From: Phoronis australis
Taxonomy: Eukaryota > Animalia > Phoronida
Direction: 5' to 3'
NCBI GenBank assembly: GCA_002633005.1
Contig: NMRA01000076.1
Span: 124,001 to 188,000, forward strand
DNA length: 64,000 nt
Positions 1 to 11,446 of the stretch are shown piece by piece. The position numbers were made by a program, and so were the translations under genes. The number at the start of each line of letters is the position of its first letter. Within the stretch, counting starts at the first letter, position 1. The notes under the pieces were generated by a model, which saw nothing but the letters and a program-made list of their open reading frames with translations, did no database searches and was not told the origin of the DNA.

Positions 1-41
1 TGATGCGAGAGGGAAAGTTCCCAAGGCATTGGTATTTTTAC

Positions 42-3000
42 CTGCATAATACCAGTCAAGAGTGAAGTTAGCCCCCTTTTCGGCCAAGTATCCACAGGAT
101 TGCCAGTGGTTAACTTCAATACCTCTTACCACGTCTCTCCCTACGTAAGTCTGAAATCAAAATCAGATGCATGGTAATCGCGAGTGTTTTTTATTGCGAA
201 AATGTATCGAAGCCAAATGCTTGCTTTTTAGATATCAGATTTACTGCAGTCCTGGATCATTACATGTTGTTACGGGCAATATCACCTCGACATATTTGTT
301 GTGGATCTAAATGTGTGTGACGGGACGTTCGTAACTTTACGCTTATTGTTATTCTTATTATTGTTAGTATGTTAGTTGTTCCACAGTCGCTACGAAGTGA
401 GATTATGGTGTCTCTGCATGATGCAGCTGGGCACCAAGGGTATGAGAGAACATTTGCCTTGATTAGCAATCGCTACTTTTGGGTAGGCATGCAAAAAGAT
501 GTGGCAGACTATTGCAAATCATGTGCGAGGTGTCAGATTTCTAAGGGTCCATACAAGAAACCGAGGACTATCATGAGTCACTTGACTGCATGTAGACCCA
601 ATGAAGTGTTAGCNAACGCGTTTTCGACTGACGACGAGCCATTTATCTGGCCAACTCTACACTCACCATCTAAAGAAACAAATACAACATCATTTTAAGC
701 CCCAATAAACCTGTTTTGAACACTTAAAATACAAACTAGGCTTTTTATCACTCCAATCCAAAGAAATCCTTTGTAATAAGGCAACACATAATTATAAAAC
801 ATATGCTGTTATATAATATTTTATGAATTTGAATTACGAAATTACATAAGACCTTACTGAAAAATCGATGCTTAGTGATATACAGCTTTAAGGTCTTTTA
901 AGTGAAAGCTGCCACAAACTAACTTTCCGTAATTTGATTTGGACAATTATAGTGGAAAACTGGTCTCAGATTGTCTTTACACGTTAGAAGGGTTCTGGGC
1001 TTGTTCAGTAATATTGCAGAGAATAGGCACGTCACAAAGTGGCTTGTCACGGTTGGTCATTGTATGTGACCGAGCCTGATCTCAATAATCTGTCAGTTCA
1101 TTCCAAGCCCAGAAAGTACTTCGCATCTGAGTAAGAATCCGTTCCAAGAAAACTGACTTAGTGAAAACAAATTTAAAATTTTAGTCAATTTTAAGATAAA
1201 ACTTAAATTTGTCTCAAGTCTGTTCCGTGAAGGTGATGTTAAGTTTGACTTAAGTTTTTATACCGAATGTGGAAGTTTCAAAGTTTGAAGGGTGAGAAAA
1301 ATCTTACACTTAAGTCAAAAATGAACTCAAGTCAGTTATTTGAATTTTATTTTGAAAAGGCCCCCGACTTATATCGGTATGTTGTCGGGTAAGTAATCTA
1401 AAGCTACAATTCCTGTCTTTGACGGAAAGAGCGCTTATAGCGGCATTAATTTATTAAACAATGTCCACTTACCACTTATATAAAAAAGTTCTCCTGTATC
1501 ATAACTGTACAATGTCTTGAACATCTCTCCTTCCCGCTTCATGACAACTGACGCTCTGTTGCCATAGTAATCATACACTTCGTCTGCTATTGTAGTGTAT
1601 GTTCCTGCCATTGCACCGTCTCGCCTGATGTTTGCTTCCACTTTCACCGTATAAGTATTGGGCAACGTTGGTACTGATGGGTCTGTCAACAAAAATCCAC
1701 GTTGACAATGTCGTAGCATCCGAAACACGTCGGGTATATTCGTAGCTTCAAATTTCCTCTCGGACTCGGAGGTGAACTTAGCTGTGCATGCGCGGACTTC
1801 AATCATTACGGCAAGTCATGAGACTTCCCAACTGGATAATGATTGGCCGTATAACTGAAGTTCGCACATGTGCAGACGCCGTCCCCCTTCGAGGGTAAAT
1901 ATGAAAATATGAAAATGCCATAGGTGTTCCAGGTGTCCTCGGACAAGTTTCATATCGACGCATGTCCGAACTTCAACCACAAGAGCAAGTCATGGGATTC
2001 TTAAAATCGGAGAATTCCGCCAAATGCGCCAGGACACTCCTGTGATAATAGTCTTAAACAAAATGTAACTAGGCATAAGAAGGCAGGTTAAGGATTGAAA
2101 ATGACGGCGTGTACGACTTTTCGACCAACTAGACTGAAGACATGATTTCAACCGACTCTTGACCATTATTTCTTTCGCTTGATGTTCTCACATCGGCAGC
2201 TATGAAACACCTCCGAAGGGAACTTGAGGTTGTGAAAAACACCATAAGTGTTCAGGATCATATAAAGCGTTTTTTTTTTTTTGAAAACTGTCAAAGCGAA
2301 AATTTCGGTCGAAGCCACTTGTCACGCAGCAGCAGAAATCACAACGGAAAGATGCACCGATTATAGAACTCGAGCCCTGGAATGCCAATCAACGCACGTG
2401 ACCATTGCATTTTATAACTAGAGCTTGCGACCCCCAGACTACCCGCGAGAGTTAGCACTGAGAATTTCAGGCTGCTTGCTCGACTGAGTTTTGTTCGAGA
2501 GTTGTAGTTATCAAATGAAGCCTAGCTTCATTGCTTCGTTTTCATTTTGTTGTTTTTTATTCATCAAGCGAGACTTTTGAATTATGGTTCCGTACAATCA
2601 GCAATTGTTCAGCAAAATTAGTCAACAAACCCAACAACTTCCGTGGTCGTTCTTTATAAGCACGACCTGTTACCCTTGGTGGATGCCGGGAGTAGTTAGG
2701 CCTCTGATATCTTTTCAGCTTCAGTCGTAGAACCAATTTCGACAACCTATCATACTAAACGCCAGGAATTTTTCAACAAGACATTTTTGGGTTAAAATCA
2801 CGTTACAGTATTTTACGGAAAAAAGTTAAATTTGGCCTAAATGAAAAGTTTAGGGCCCTAAAAACAGGTGCGTTTAGGTACCTTTCGAAAAATTGCTCGT
2901 AATTGCTTGGCTAAGTGTGTTTTTGGGTGTTACATCTCCTGTTTGACATAAAAACGCTGTTGGTAAGTCTTTGAATGTTGCACCAAACATTTCACCCATA

Positions 3001-4017
3001 TGTTTTTGCTTAGACCCAGATGCCCTGCTTTTTGTCATGAAGTCCTGTTTTTCAATCCAGTTGTTCCGTTTTTTTTTTGTTGACCGTATCAAACGACACC
3101 AAAGGTCCAATTAATTATAATATATAAAGATGTATCGCTTTGGATGAATGTCTGTCTAAATTATTTACAGCAAGAGTGTGGGGGATCCATATTCTAAAAG
3201 ATTCGTCTTTATAGGGTAGAATTTTTTAAATTATCGACGTTATTTCCCTCATTTATATAACCTATCTGGTTCATTTACTTCTTTGTGGTATTGTTACAAG
3301 CTGTTATGTTTCGCATTTTGGTAACACGCTTGGCTTTTGGAATTAAAGATTAATATTAAACCAGTCAGGTATGCGAAATGATAATTGCTAATGAGTTAAA
3401 TTATTTATCATTTGCTTCTGGTATAACCATCAAGAACTGATAAAGGGCTTTCTATTTCTATGGTTCTTATGCAATTCGGTTGAAAAACGCGTGAGTTGCA
3501 AAATTTAATGACAGTAAATTCCTTAGCAAGTACACACACCGAACAAATGCAAACAACTCTCGCGCATGCGCAGCGTTGAGATCGGAGTTCGCCTTCCAGG
3601 GCTAGAGTTCTGTGCGCGGATGCATTTCATCAATTACCCGAAAACGGGAACAGACCGTTCTCAAAATATTAGTATGGTTTACGAGAGAAGAATTGATTTA
3701 AAGAGGAACAGAAATGTTTTTTTGAAAAGAAATGCAGTTCGCCGGAAGAGAACTGAGTTAGTGAGAAACATACACAGTTAGCGAGAACCACAATGAGGAC
3801 CATGAGAGATGAGGACTGTCCACTCCGAGATTATACATTCTACTGAGAAAAAAATTGAGCTACATGTAACTTCTGAAATCAGTATACAGGTTCATCGCAA
3901 AAGACACGTACCTTCAGTGACTGGCTGTGCGAACGGACACTTCCACAGTGCCAATGTTTGCGTAGCACACGTTGCCACGACAAAGATTAGTTCCTTCCAT
4001 GTAATTATTGCGGGCAT
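42..4017 (-). CDS. 5' part of a secreted uncharacterised invertebrate protein with a VRGI motif (ependymin/LolA-like family by motif); continues beyond the left edge
   Basis: Exons: 4017-3912 (MPAIITWKELIFVVATCATQTLALWKCPFAQPVTE, signal-peptide-like, ends phase 1); 1682-1473 (DPSVPTLPNTYTVKVEANI...DEVYDYYGNRASV...LFYIS, phase 1-1); 669-615 (DGECRVGQINGSSSVENA, cut by the N at 614); 150-42 (TYVGRDVVRGIEVNHWQSCGYLAEKGANFTLDWYYA). Visible boundaries are canonical AG/GT. Confidence 0.75.
369..613 (+). mobile_element. Ty3/Gypsy LTR retrotransposon integrase fragment (H2C2 zinc-binding region and start of the core)
   Basis: LVVPQSLRSEIMVSLHDAAGHQGYERTFALISNRYFWVGMQKDVADYCKSCARCQISK...RPNEVL has the typical H..GH.G, RYFW.GM and CxxCxxCQ motifs; ends at the single N at 614. 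Confidence 0.9.
2420..2800 (+). repeat. Interspersed repeat, copy 1 (second copy at about 39035-39400)
   Basis: Both copies start TAGAGCTTGCGACCC and align for about 380 bp (e.g. TCGACTGAGTTTTG, TTCATCAAGCGAGACT, AAAATTAGTCAA, TTTTTCAACAAGA). Confidence 0.8.
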
Positions 4018-5258
4018 GTCGTGTCTGGAAAACGGATAAATTGTTTATTGAAGATGTTTGATGGGGTCGAACTATATACAACATAGACTTTCAAGGATTG
4101 TGTATTCTGCATCATTGTACACTAGCACTACATCTAAAATGCATATGTATTCGTAAACCGTTCATAATGACTGCCGTCGATCGATGTAAACCGTTTGCCA
4201 ACTTTGTAGTGGCTACTCCCGCGAGCAAAGTTATCCCGGAAGGAAGTCAATGAAAACTTCATGCACCGTGAAGGCAGTTTACGAACGTACAAGAAAATTG
4301 TTGTCAAAAGCGTAGTATAGTAATTTCGGCACACATATGGTACTATTGACAGTAATCCCTAAGTAAGAGAGCCCCGGGTTTGGTATTTGGTCCCCGAACG
4401 TGACTGGTCGGAACTGGAGTTTGGTGCCCATAGGTGGACCATTTTCGGCGCGAGTGGGGAGTGTAGGGGCACATATATATGTATGGTAATTTGTGTCGCG
4501 GGTTTGGGTCGAGTCTGGGATTGGGGTCTCGGAAGTCTCTCAGGGTTAACATGTTTCTTCTTTCAAGTTCTAATTCCTTTTTCATGTATCGTTTTCACTA
4601 TGAAATTTCATTCTGTTTTCTTGAAAAAACGTTGTTAATGTAAACACCCGTGCCGTGAAGGGCCGGCGGAAGCATAGGCGTGAAAAGACTTTCTTTAGTG
4701 GGTGAGCACAACAAAATGTGAATACACCCTCAATACCCCTGCATTAGTGCCCTCCCTTCACCTCCCGCTGTCACCACCACAACTTTCGTCTTTGGCAGTA
4801 ACCCCCGGTTGACACCATTTTTTATCAGGCATTCTTTCTCGTTGGGTTATGAAGGGGGCGCTGCCTCACTCCTCTGCTTTTATTTGTCTAAAGGAAAATT
4901 TTGTGATGTCAATTTTGAAAATACATAGATTTTCTCCCCGTTCGCAAAACTTAACAGACGAGAAATTGGCGTATGTAAGGAAGGGCCTTTCGGCAGAAAA
5001 CTCCATTATCAGACCACTTGACAAATTACTCTCGCGCGCATTTTGGAATTTGTCGAGTTTTGAATTTGAGGGGGTTAATTAATGATTGTAATGCAGTCCG
5101 AAATTTAATATTTAGTGACGTCCATCTGATGACCGTTCACGTAGTAATTTAAATCAAAGAAATCTTTATAACCAAAAAACGATTTTCGGTTCAACTTGGA
5201 ATACTAAGTGAGCAAAGATTATAACTCTTTCTGCTAATACATTCTGGTACGTCAGTAC

Positions 5259-5612
5259 TATCTGGCCCCAGTAGAGACGGTGAAGCTCTTATAGGAGCTT
5301 CACTCGTCGGAAGCTTTTCGGCGAAGTATGCCTCACACTGATTAAAACATCAAAGACACGTTGGTATAAGTACCTTTTGCACATAAAGGGACGCCTCAGG
5401 AGGCCGTCGATGCCTTTAATTCCTTCCAAAGCGAACAAATACTCCAGTGACCATTTTTTTTTCTTCGAGCTGTCCTTTGTTCAACTGCCCAAATCGGCAA
5501 CTAGCCATTTTTTACACTGCGCGCGCTAATATTTTATACTGCGCCCGCCAGGAGCGCACGCAGTGTTATATAGCTCATATAGGAGCTTCACCAGCTCTAC
5601 TGGGGCCAGCTA
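5259..5612. mobile_element. TA-flanked MITE-like element with ~33-bp terminal inverted repeats
   Basis: Left TATCTGGCCCCAGTAGAGACGGTGAAGCTCTTATA; reverse complement of the right end TAGCTGGCCCCAGTAGAGCTGGTGAAGCTCCTATA. Confidence 0.7.
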
Positions 5613-6489
5613 GAGACGGTGGTCACTGTCTAGTACGTAACCACTATTGAAACGGGGATAGCAGCTCTTTGTTCTCAATGACCTCCCCCCTCCGTCATCA
5701 CCAATGTTTTGCCTTCTTTGGCTTCCACACCAAAGTCAACGACCGCCAGTTACGCTGCCGGATTCTGTCCANTATTTCCCTTCGCTTTCTGTACGAATTT
5801 CGTCCCGTGTATTTTAAACGGGCGGTAGGCCAAATTAGGCCACTGATTGGGAATTTTCACCTCCTTTCTACTACTACGCCTATCTTCGATGAAGCTTAGT
5901 TTCGAGAATTAATGTGACTTTGGTGAAGAATTCCAACTCCACTTTTTTGATCACCGTTATCTTTTTCACCACGCGTGCGATAACCACGAAGTATTTCAAC
6001 TGAGTCATGTGAGTTAGGCAAAGGCTAGCGCGAGACTGAGCCAAACGCGTGACGATGGCGCGTGACACTTGTAAATAGCATGGGAAGGTATCAAGATGCG
6101 TGATTTCACGGAACTTCCTCAAAATGGCACCCGGTAAGAGAAACTCGAACAAACCGCGACAGATTTTCATCGATTTCATCAAATTATCTCGACTGAATCG
6201 TCTCCAGACTTCTGGTGTGTGTTAATTATAACTCCATGTGCATATACACATGTTTCATTTGATTTTATTTCCTGTATTTTGAAATTCTTAACTTTTTGTG
6301 GGGATGTACTATAGCCCCTGCGGCATCCAGGGCGATGTAATCGCCTAGCCCCCCCCCCCCTTCACAGTTGGATTCGAGCATGTTATAGGAGTTCTTTGAT
6401 AGCTTCAGGTCTCCACTTCTGGCGGGAGATTTCGTGTATTTCGTATGTACCTGGGTAGATTTAGTAGCTGTCTCGCGGCTAAAAAAAAT

Positions 6490-6554
6490 CTAGCCAAACT
6501 CACGTGTTCTCATTTAAAATAGTATCACACCACAATATCTAGCGTAATCTCGCG
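6490..6554. repeat. Short dispersed repeat, inverted copy at about 18589-18647
   Basis: CTAGCCAAACTCACGTGTTCTCATTTAAAATA...GTAATCTCGCG matches the reverse complement of CGCGAGATTAC...TATTTTAAATGAGAACACGTGACTTTGGCTAG. Confidence 0.7.
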
Positions 6555-9500
6555 TTTTTACCCTACCCTGGATTTCACGGTAAATATTCGGGCACGCAGA
6601 CTGAATTTTGTTGGTGGTCGCTTTGGTGATTATCTCTACTCTCGAGAGTACTGAACTTGGTCCTAGATGGCAGTTTCACTTACAATACATGATTGCGTCA
6701 AATTCGGAGATGGTAAGAGTAGTATTCCTTTGTGAAAACAAATATTTAACTGTTACATTTGAACGATCGTATTTGTTCTCTGCATCGTCTTTCGAAAGTC
6801 AATAAATGCTTTCATCAATAAATCACTTCTTTGTGGCCTTCCTCGGAAGACTTTATGATAATCAGTCGGAAACTGTGTTCCCTGTTCGCTAATTCAATGT
6901 GAAGAACCCACGAGAAATAACGATAGAAAATAAAAATAGGCAGAAAAAGGAAAACATAAGAAAAAAAGGTTGTTTGTTATATTCGAATAGCCACGATAAT
7001 TTAAGCAACTGCAGACGAATTCAAATGAAAAATCGGTGGTCTCAACAGGTGCAGTGTTTTACAATAATTGCATCTCATTTATGAGTCACATTTTCATATG
7101 CAAATGAGGTCAGTGTGGCAAAATCCTCTGTTGCAAATACTGGGTTAAGGAGTACCACCGCACAAGAAAAGGGGTGAGCAAAAGGGAAATAGGGCACTGG
7201 GACGATGCGAAACGATATTTATATAAAGATGATAGATTTGAACAACCCTCGTCGGTTACTCGCTAAAGATAAGATAAGAAAAGCGGAAGATAAGGAAAGC
7301 AAGAGACTGCGCGGGCAATGGGTGAATACAGTACAGATGCTGTTTACCTTGCGATAAAGTCAGAAAATGCATATGGTCACCTAAAGGCATTCGTGCTGAA
7401 CTGAGTCGGCACAGATCGTGGTAAGCCAACGTTTGTTAATGCCGAATATCTGCAAAACTTTAAATTTTAACTGGATGAAACTACTTGATTTCTGACAGTA
7501 GAAAGCCTGTAGAGTTTGATTTTTGACTTTATACCACATTGTTTCGGTCACGTGACCATGCATTTTAGTAAAATCGAGCAAAAAGTCAAGGTGCACTGAT
7601 AGCGAAACGACTTTATCAAGAACACGATCAAGTCATATTTTAATTTTCATATAAAAATGTTCACGGTGAGATCTCAGTTTTCTAAAATATCATTTCATTT
7701 CGTTTTGTACAACTTCAAGTTTTTATGAAATAATAAAAGCATAGTTTTTGATAGCTTCTTATTGAAAAATTGATCACTTTAAAAACCATTCCTAAAAGCT
7801 TCCAGTGTTTAATAACGGTGCATAAAGCATAGTATCTGAAAATTTCTTACAAAATCGATGTCATTTCTGAGATATAATGTTCCCAAGTTTTTAGCCGCAT
7901 GCTCTATATCTCCCCTTCATGTAGCAGTCGGCCGAGAGCGGCAACATTCGGTCGTAGATGCTTTTTGTTTCCCTCAAAACATACTACGTCATTATGGTGA
8001 TGTCAGGGATTTCGTGTGCTTCAGGTCGCTTCCAATTTTTGTAGACCGACCAAATTAAGCTGCAGTATGAGTGCAAACCTTACCGAATAAAAATAAGTAA
8101 TTTGTGACTCACATTAGTTAAAGAACCCACGGGACATTTTTGCAGAAATCGCTGAGGGAAAATTCAAACTTAATTTTACTACTACATGATGCCAATTCTA
8201 ATCCCTCGGTCACATAAAGCTTCCGACGCCGATCCGATGAGTTTCCGGCAGAAAAATAGTCATCGGCCGATCTCGGGGTAATTATCTGAATGTTGTCGGG
8301 AACATCGGTCGAGAGTCAGCATCAAAAACCACCAATCGTTGGATCATCGGGGAAAGTTAAAGTTTTTTGATACTCATCCGATTTTCTCGAATGGTCCAGT
8401 TCATATTGGCGGTTATCGTGGGTCGGCAGATCATCAGGGCGCGATTTTGGCCTTATCATCCGACTTTTAAACGATTGGTTAAATCTCTTAGGTATGTAAG
8501 CTCCATTCATCTGCTACATCTGAAATCCCACATTCTGCTTAATCAGTCCACCACAAGGTTAAGGATATTAAGTTACTTTCATGCAAAAGTTCAAATATTT
8601 ATTTTAGAATTACACGTTTATGAGATTTATCTTAGTTATTGTTTACACTGTTGACGACTTCTTTAGTGCTTGGTGATACCTACTCTGCTCTGGGGATGTG
8701 TAGGTCAGTGTTTGGTTGATCTAATACTGAAATTTTCTAAGTCGAATGCAAACCTGTCGTCCATCATAAAGCCAACTTTTGATTTAGTCCAGCTACCGTG
8801 GTGAAACTGGTCCCAAACTGTTTTTAAATAGTTATATTGGTGACTTCAGGGCTTCAAAACAGCTACGTGTAATAGTTCGTAATAACTTGCGACCAGGCTC
8901 TACACTAAGTTGGCTTTTCATGGCGTGTCATTTTTGTGCGGGCCGGACTCGAGGAATCACCAACTGTCACATCTTTGAAAACCCAGCCGCAATTCTCACG
9001 TGAGTAAAGAAAAAGTTGAAAACAGTTTTATAGTGATAAGCAGTCTAAATAAAAATTTCGCTTTTAGATATGATAGATTCGTCACCAGTAATATTTATCT
9101 TTGGAATAACCTGACACCGTGTCAGAGCATTCAGCCAAGTTAAAAGCAAATGGGACCTTATTGACAAGTCTGTGAATTTAAAATATTACAAAACAATAAA
9201 TTTTAACTAACTAAAAGTATATTATACATGTATAATTTGAAAATAGAAAGCCTCCAAAATTCGTTTCTTACTTTTTTATCAATTTACCATTAATTGAGTC
9301 ACAAGAACACGTCTTTTTATTACAATTTACCAAAAAAGAATGGTACATTCGTAACAAAACAATACCCTATTTAACATGACCAATTTTCATTGATATAGAT
9401 ATTCACGATGAAATGTAAAGAACGTTGTTGCAGTTTTCTAAATTATCATTTCGTTATTTGCTTTATACAACTTTTGATATTTTCTCATGAAAATCCCAGA

Positions 9501-9678
9501 ACTCCTATTTATGATAGCCCCTTATGCAAAAGCGGAACATTTTAAATACAATTACAACTTTTTGGCAAACATTGTTTGATCCACAGTTGCTGAAAGCTTC
9601 ACATGAATCCAATCGGCCATTCTTAAGATTAGATGTTCCTAAATTGATTCAGAAGTACAGTGGAATCTGCGGCAAGTT

Positions 9679-9747
9679 GCGTGAGTGCGTACGTGCGTTC
9701 GTGCGTGCGTGCGTGCGCGTGTGTGTGCGCGCAAGTGTGCGTGCGTG
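9679..9747. repeat. Imperfect (CGTG)n microsatellite
   Basis: Directly visible run gcgtgagtgcgtacgtgcgttcgtgcgtgcgtgcgtgcgcgt... Confidence 0.9.
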
Positions 9748-9810
9748 CCATGGTATTTGGCAGGTCGTATGAGAGACTATATGCGTTTTTCTAGCTGCAG
9801 AATATGTTCC

Positions 9811-11446
9811 CTTAGACCATGGGCCGAAGCTCCAGTTGTTTCTTCCTGTGACCATTTCAGGGGGGCAACTTGATTTTTTCTGTATGAATAGATATACTAT
9901 CAAGCAATTGATACCTGAAAAGTTCACACGTTTTAAGTTGCACATTTTTTGTAGTACATGTCAACATCTATCGTTTTGTAGGACAGGGCTACAATCAGTG
10001 CTGTAGTGGTAAAATAAGAGGTAAGTAGACGCCCAAGCCCACCATATCACCTTGAGCATTGAACGTAATTTACGGTGCGCTGGCGCTACGTTCAAATGGT
10101 GGTTGGCTGCGCTTACGTGCGCCTACGCCCCACTACAGCACTGGCTACAATGCTTTCCATATTTTTATACTCTAACAACAGTTTTTATTTTTAACTTGCT
10201 TGGTTGTAGGTGGGGTGTTTTTGGATGCTGATAACGCAGGAAATTACGTGGACCTTTTGATCAGATTACAGGGAAGAGATCTGGTATCACTCGAAGCCAA
10301 ATACCATCGTTCTTAATACAAAAGCTTCACAAGACCACTGACAAAACAGAAATCTGACGATAGTGAAAACAGTGAAATTTTCAGATGTATTTCAAGAGTT
10401 TTGCTTTGAAGTTGTGGAGCAACGAATAATCTCGCATGGGGGAAATATTGCATTTGACTCGGTTAAAGTCACTCCTCGAGGAAACATTGTCCAAAAGAGG
10501 TTGTAATTAATGTGTCCGAACTGAAGTCTGAAATCGAAATTACAGAGAATTTACCCTATTCTATAATTCCTTCGTCCAAAACGGAATCAGAGTGAATTTT
10601 TGTTAAACAAACATTGTTCTTAAGTAAATGCTGGGCTAAAATGCACTGAAATGTGCAACTGCCAAAACTGTGAGAATGTCAAAGTTAGTGATGAAATTGA
10701 GTCAGATGATGAGCAACGGTGTGATGGGACTTGCATCCCAGCCGAGGAACGTGGAAAGACATCTTCTCAAGAGACAGAAACCAGGCTAGTAACTGCAGTG
10801 AGCTTGGTGATTTGTGGAACACTTTTTCTATTTTCATATTTACGTCTCTAGTAATGGCTTTTTATCTTGTTAATTTCTCCGCTTTTTGTACTTCATCCGA
10901 TTGCATTTGTTGTTATTGTTTACTTTTTGTCTCCATTTTTTGACAAATTGTATGCTTTGGACTTGTAGCAATGGTTGTTTTTGCATGAAAAATTAGTAAA
11001 TTTGTGATAAAATAAAGGTGAGACATAGTCAGTTTGATAATTATAGTTTTACCAACAGTAAAAATAGCATAAAACACTTTGAATGATAGTTCCATATTTC
11101 GCCAACAGGTGACACCCATAAATTCATATTTCTTCCATAATTCTGCACTTTAATTGAAAAATGTAACAAAGTATGTGTTTATTATAACTTAATACAGCCT
11201 GTAGGAACATTATCTACAGTATCATCCTTCGTGGACACTTAATTTTCTTCTTTTCTAACTTTTTTAATTTCATGTAGAATTTGCTTAATTCGGCACAATT
11301 TTAATATCAAATTTCACAAAAATGTGCAAGTTTAAACGCGGGAACTTTTTTGATTCAAAAAGCACAATGATTTGTGACATCAAAAACACCTGAATTAAAT
11401 TGCCCCCCTAAAGTGGTCACAGAAGTGGTTTTCTAGGCCTACTAAG
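9811..11446 (+). mobile_element. Degenerate, internally deleted DNA transposon with imperfect TIRs and a Cys-rich ORF relic (Academ-like, tentative)
   Basis: TIR core CTTCCTGTGACCATTTCAGGGGGGCAACT (~9842-9870) versus the reverse complement of AATTGCCCCCCTAAAGTGGTCACAGAAG (~11398-11425); both ends read CTTAG. Relic peptides: LLIRLQGRDLVSLEAKYHRS*YKSF (~10253-10330) and CS*VNAGLKCTEMCNCQNCEN plus an acidic tail (~10615-10715). Confidence 0.6.
9996..10143. mobile_element. hAT-type MITE (148 bp) with 14-bp TIRs and an 8-bp TSD, nested in the larger element
   Basis: CAGTGCTGTAGTGG ... CCACTACAGCACTG, flanked on both sides by GCTACAAT (9988-9995 and 10144-10151). Confidence 0.9.
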
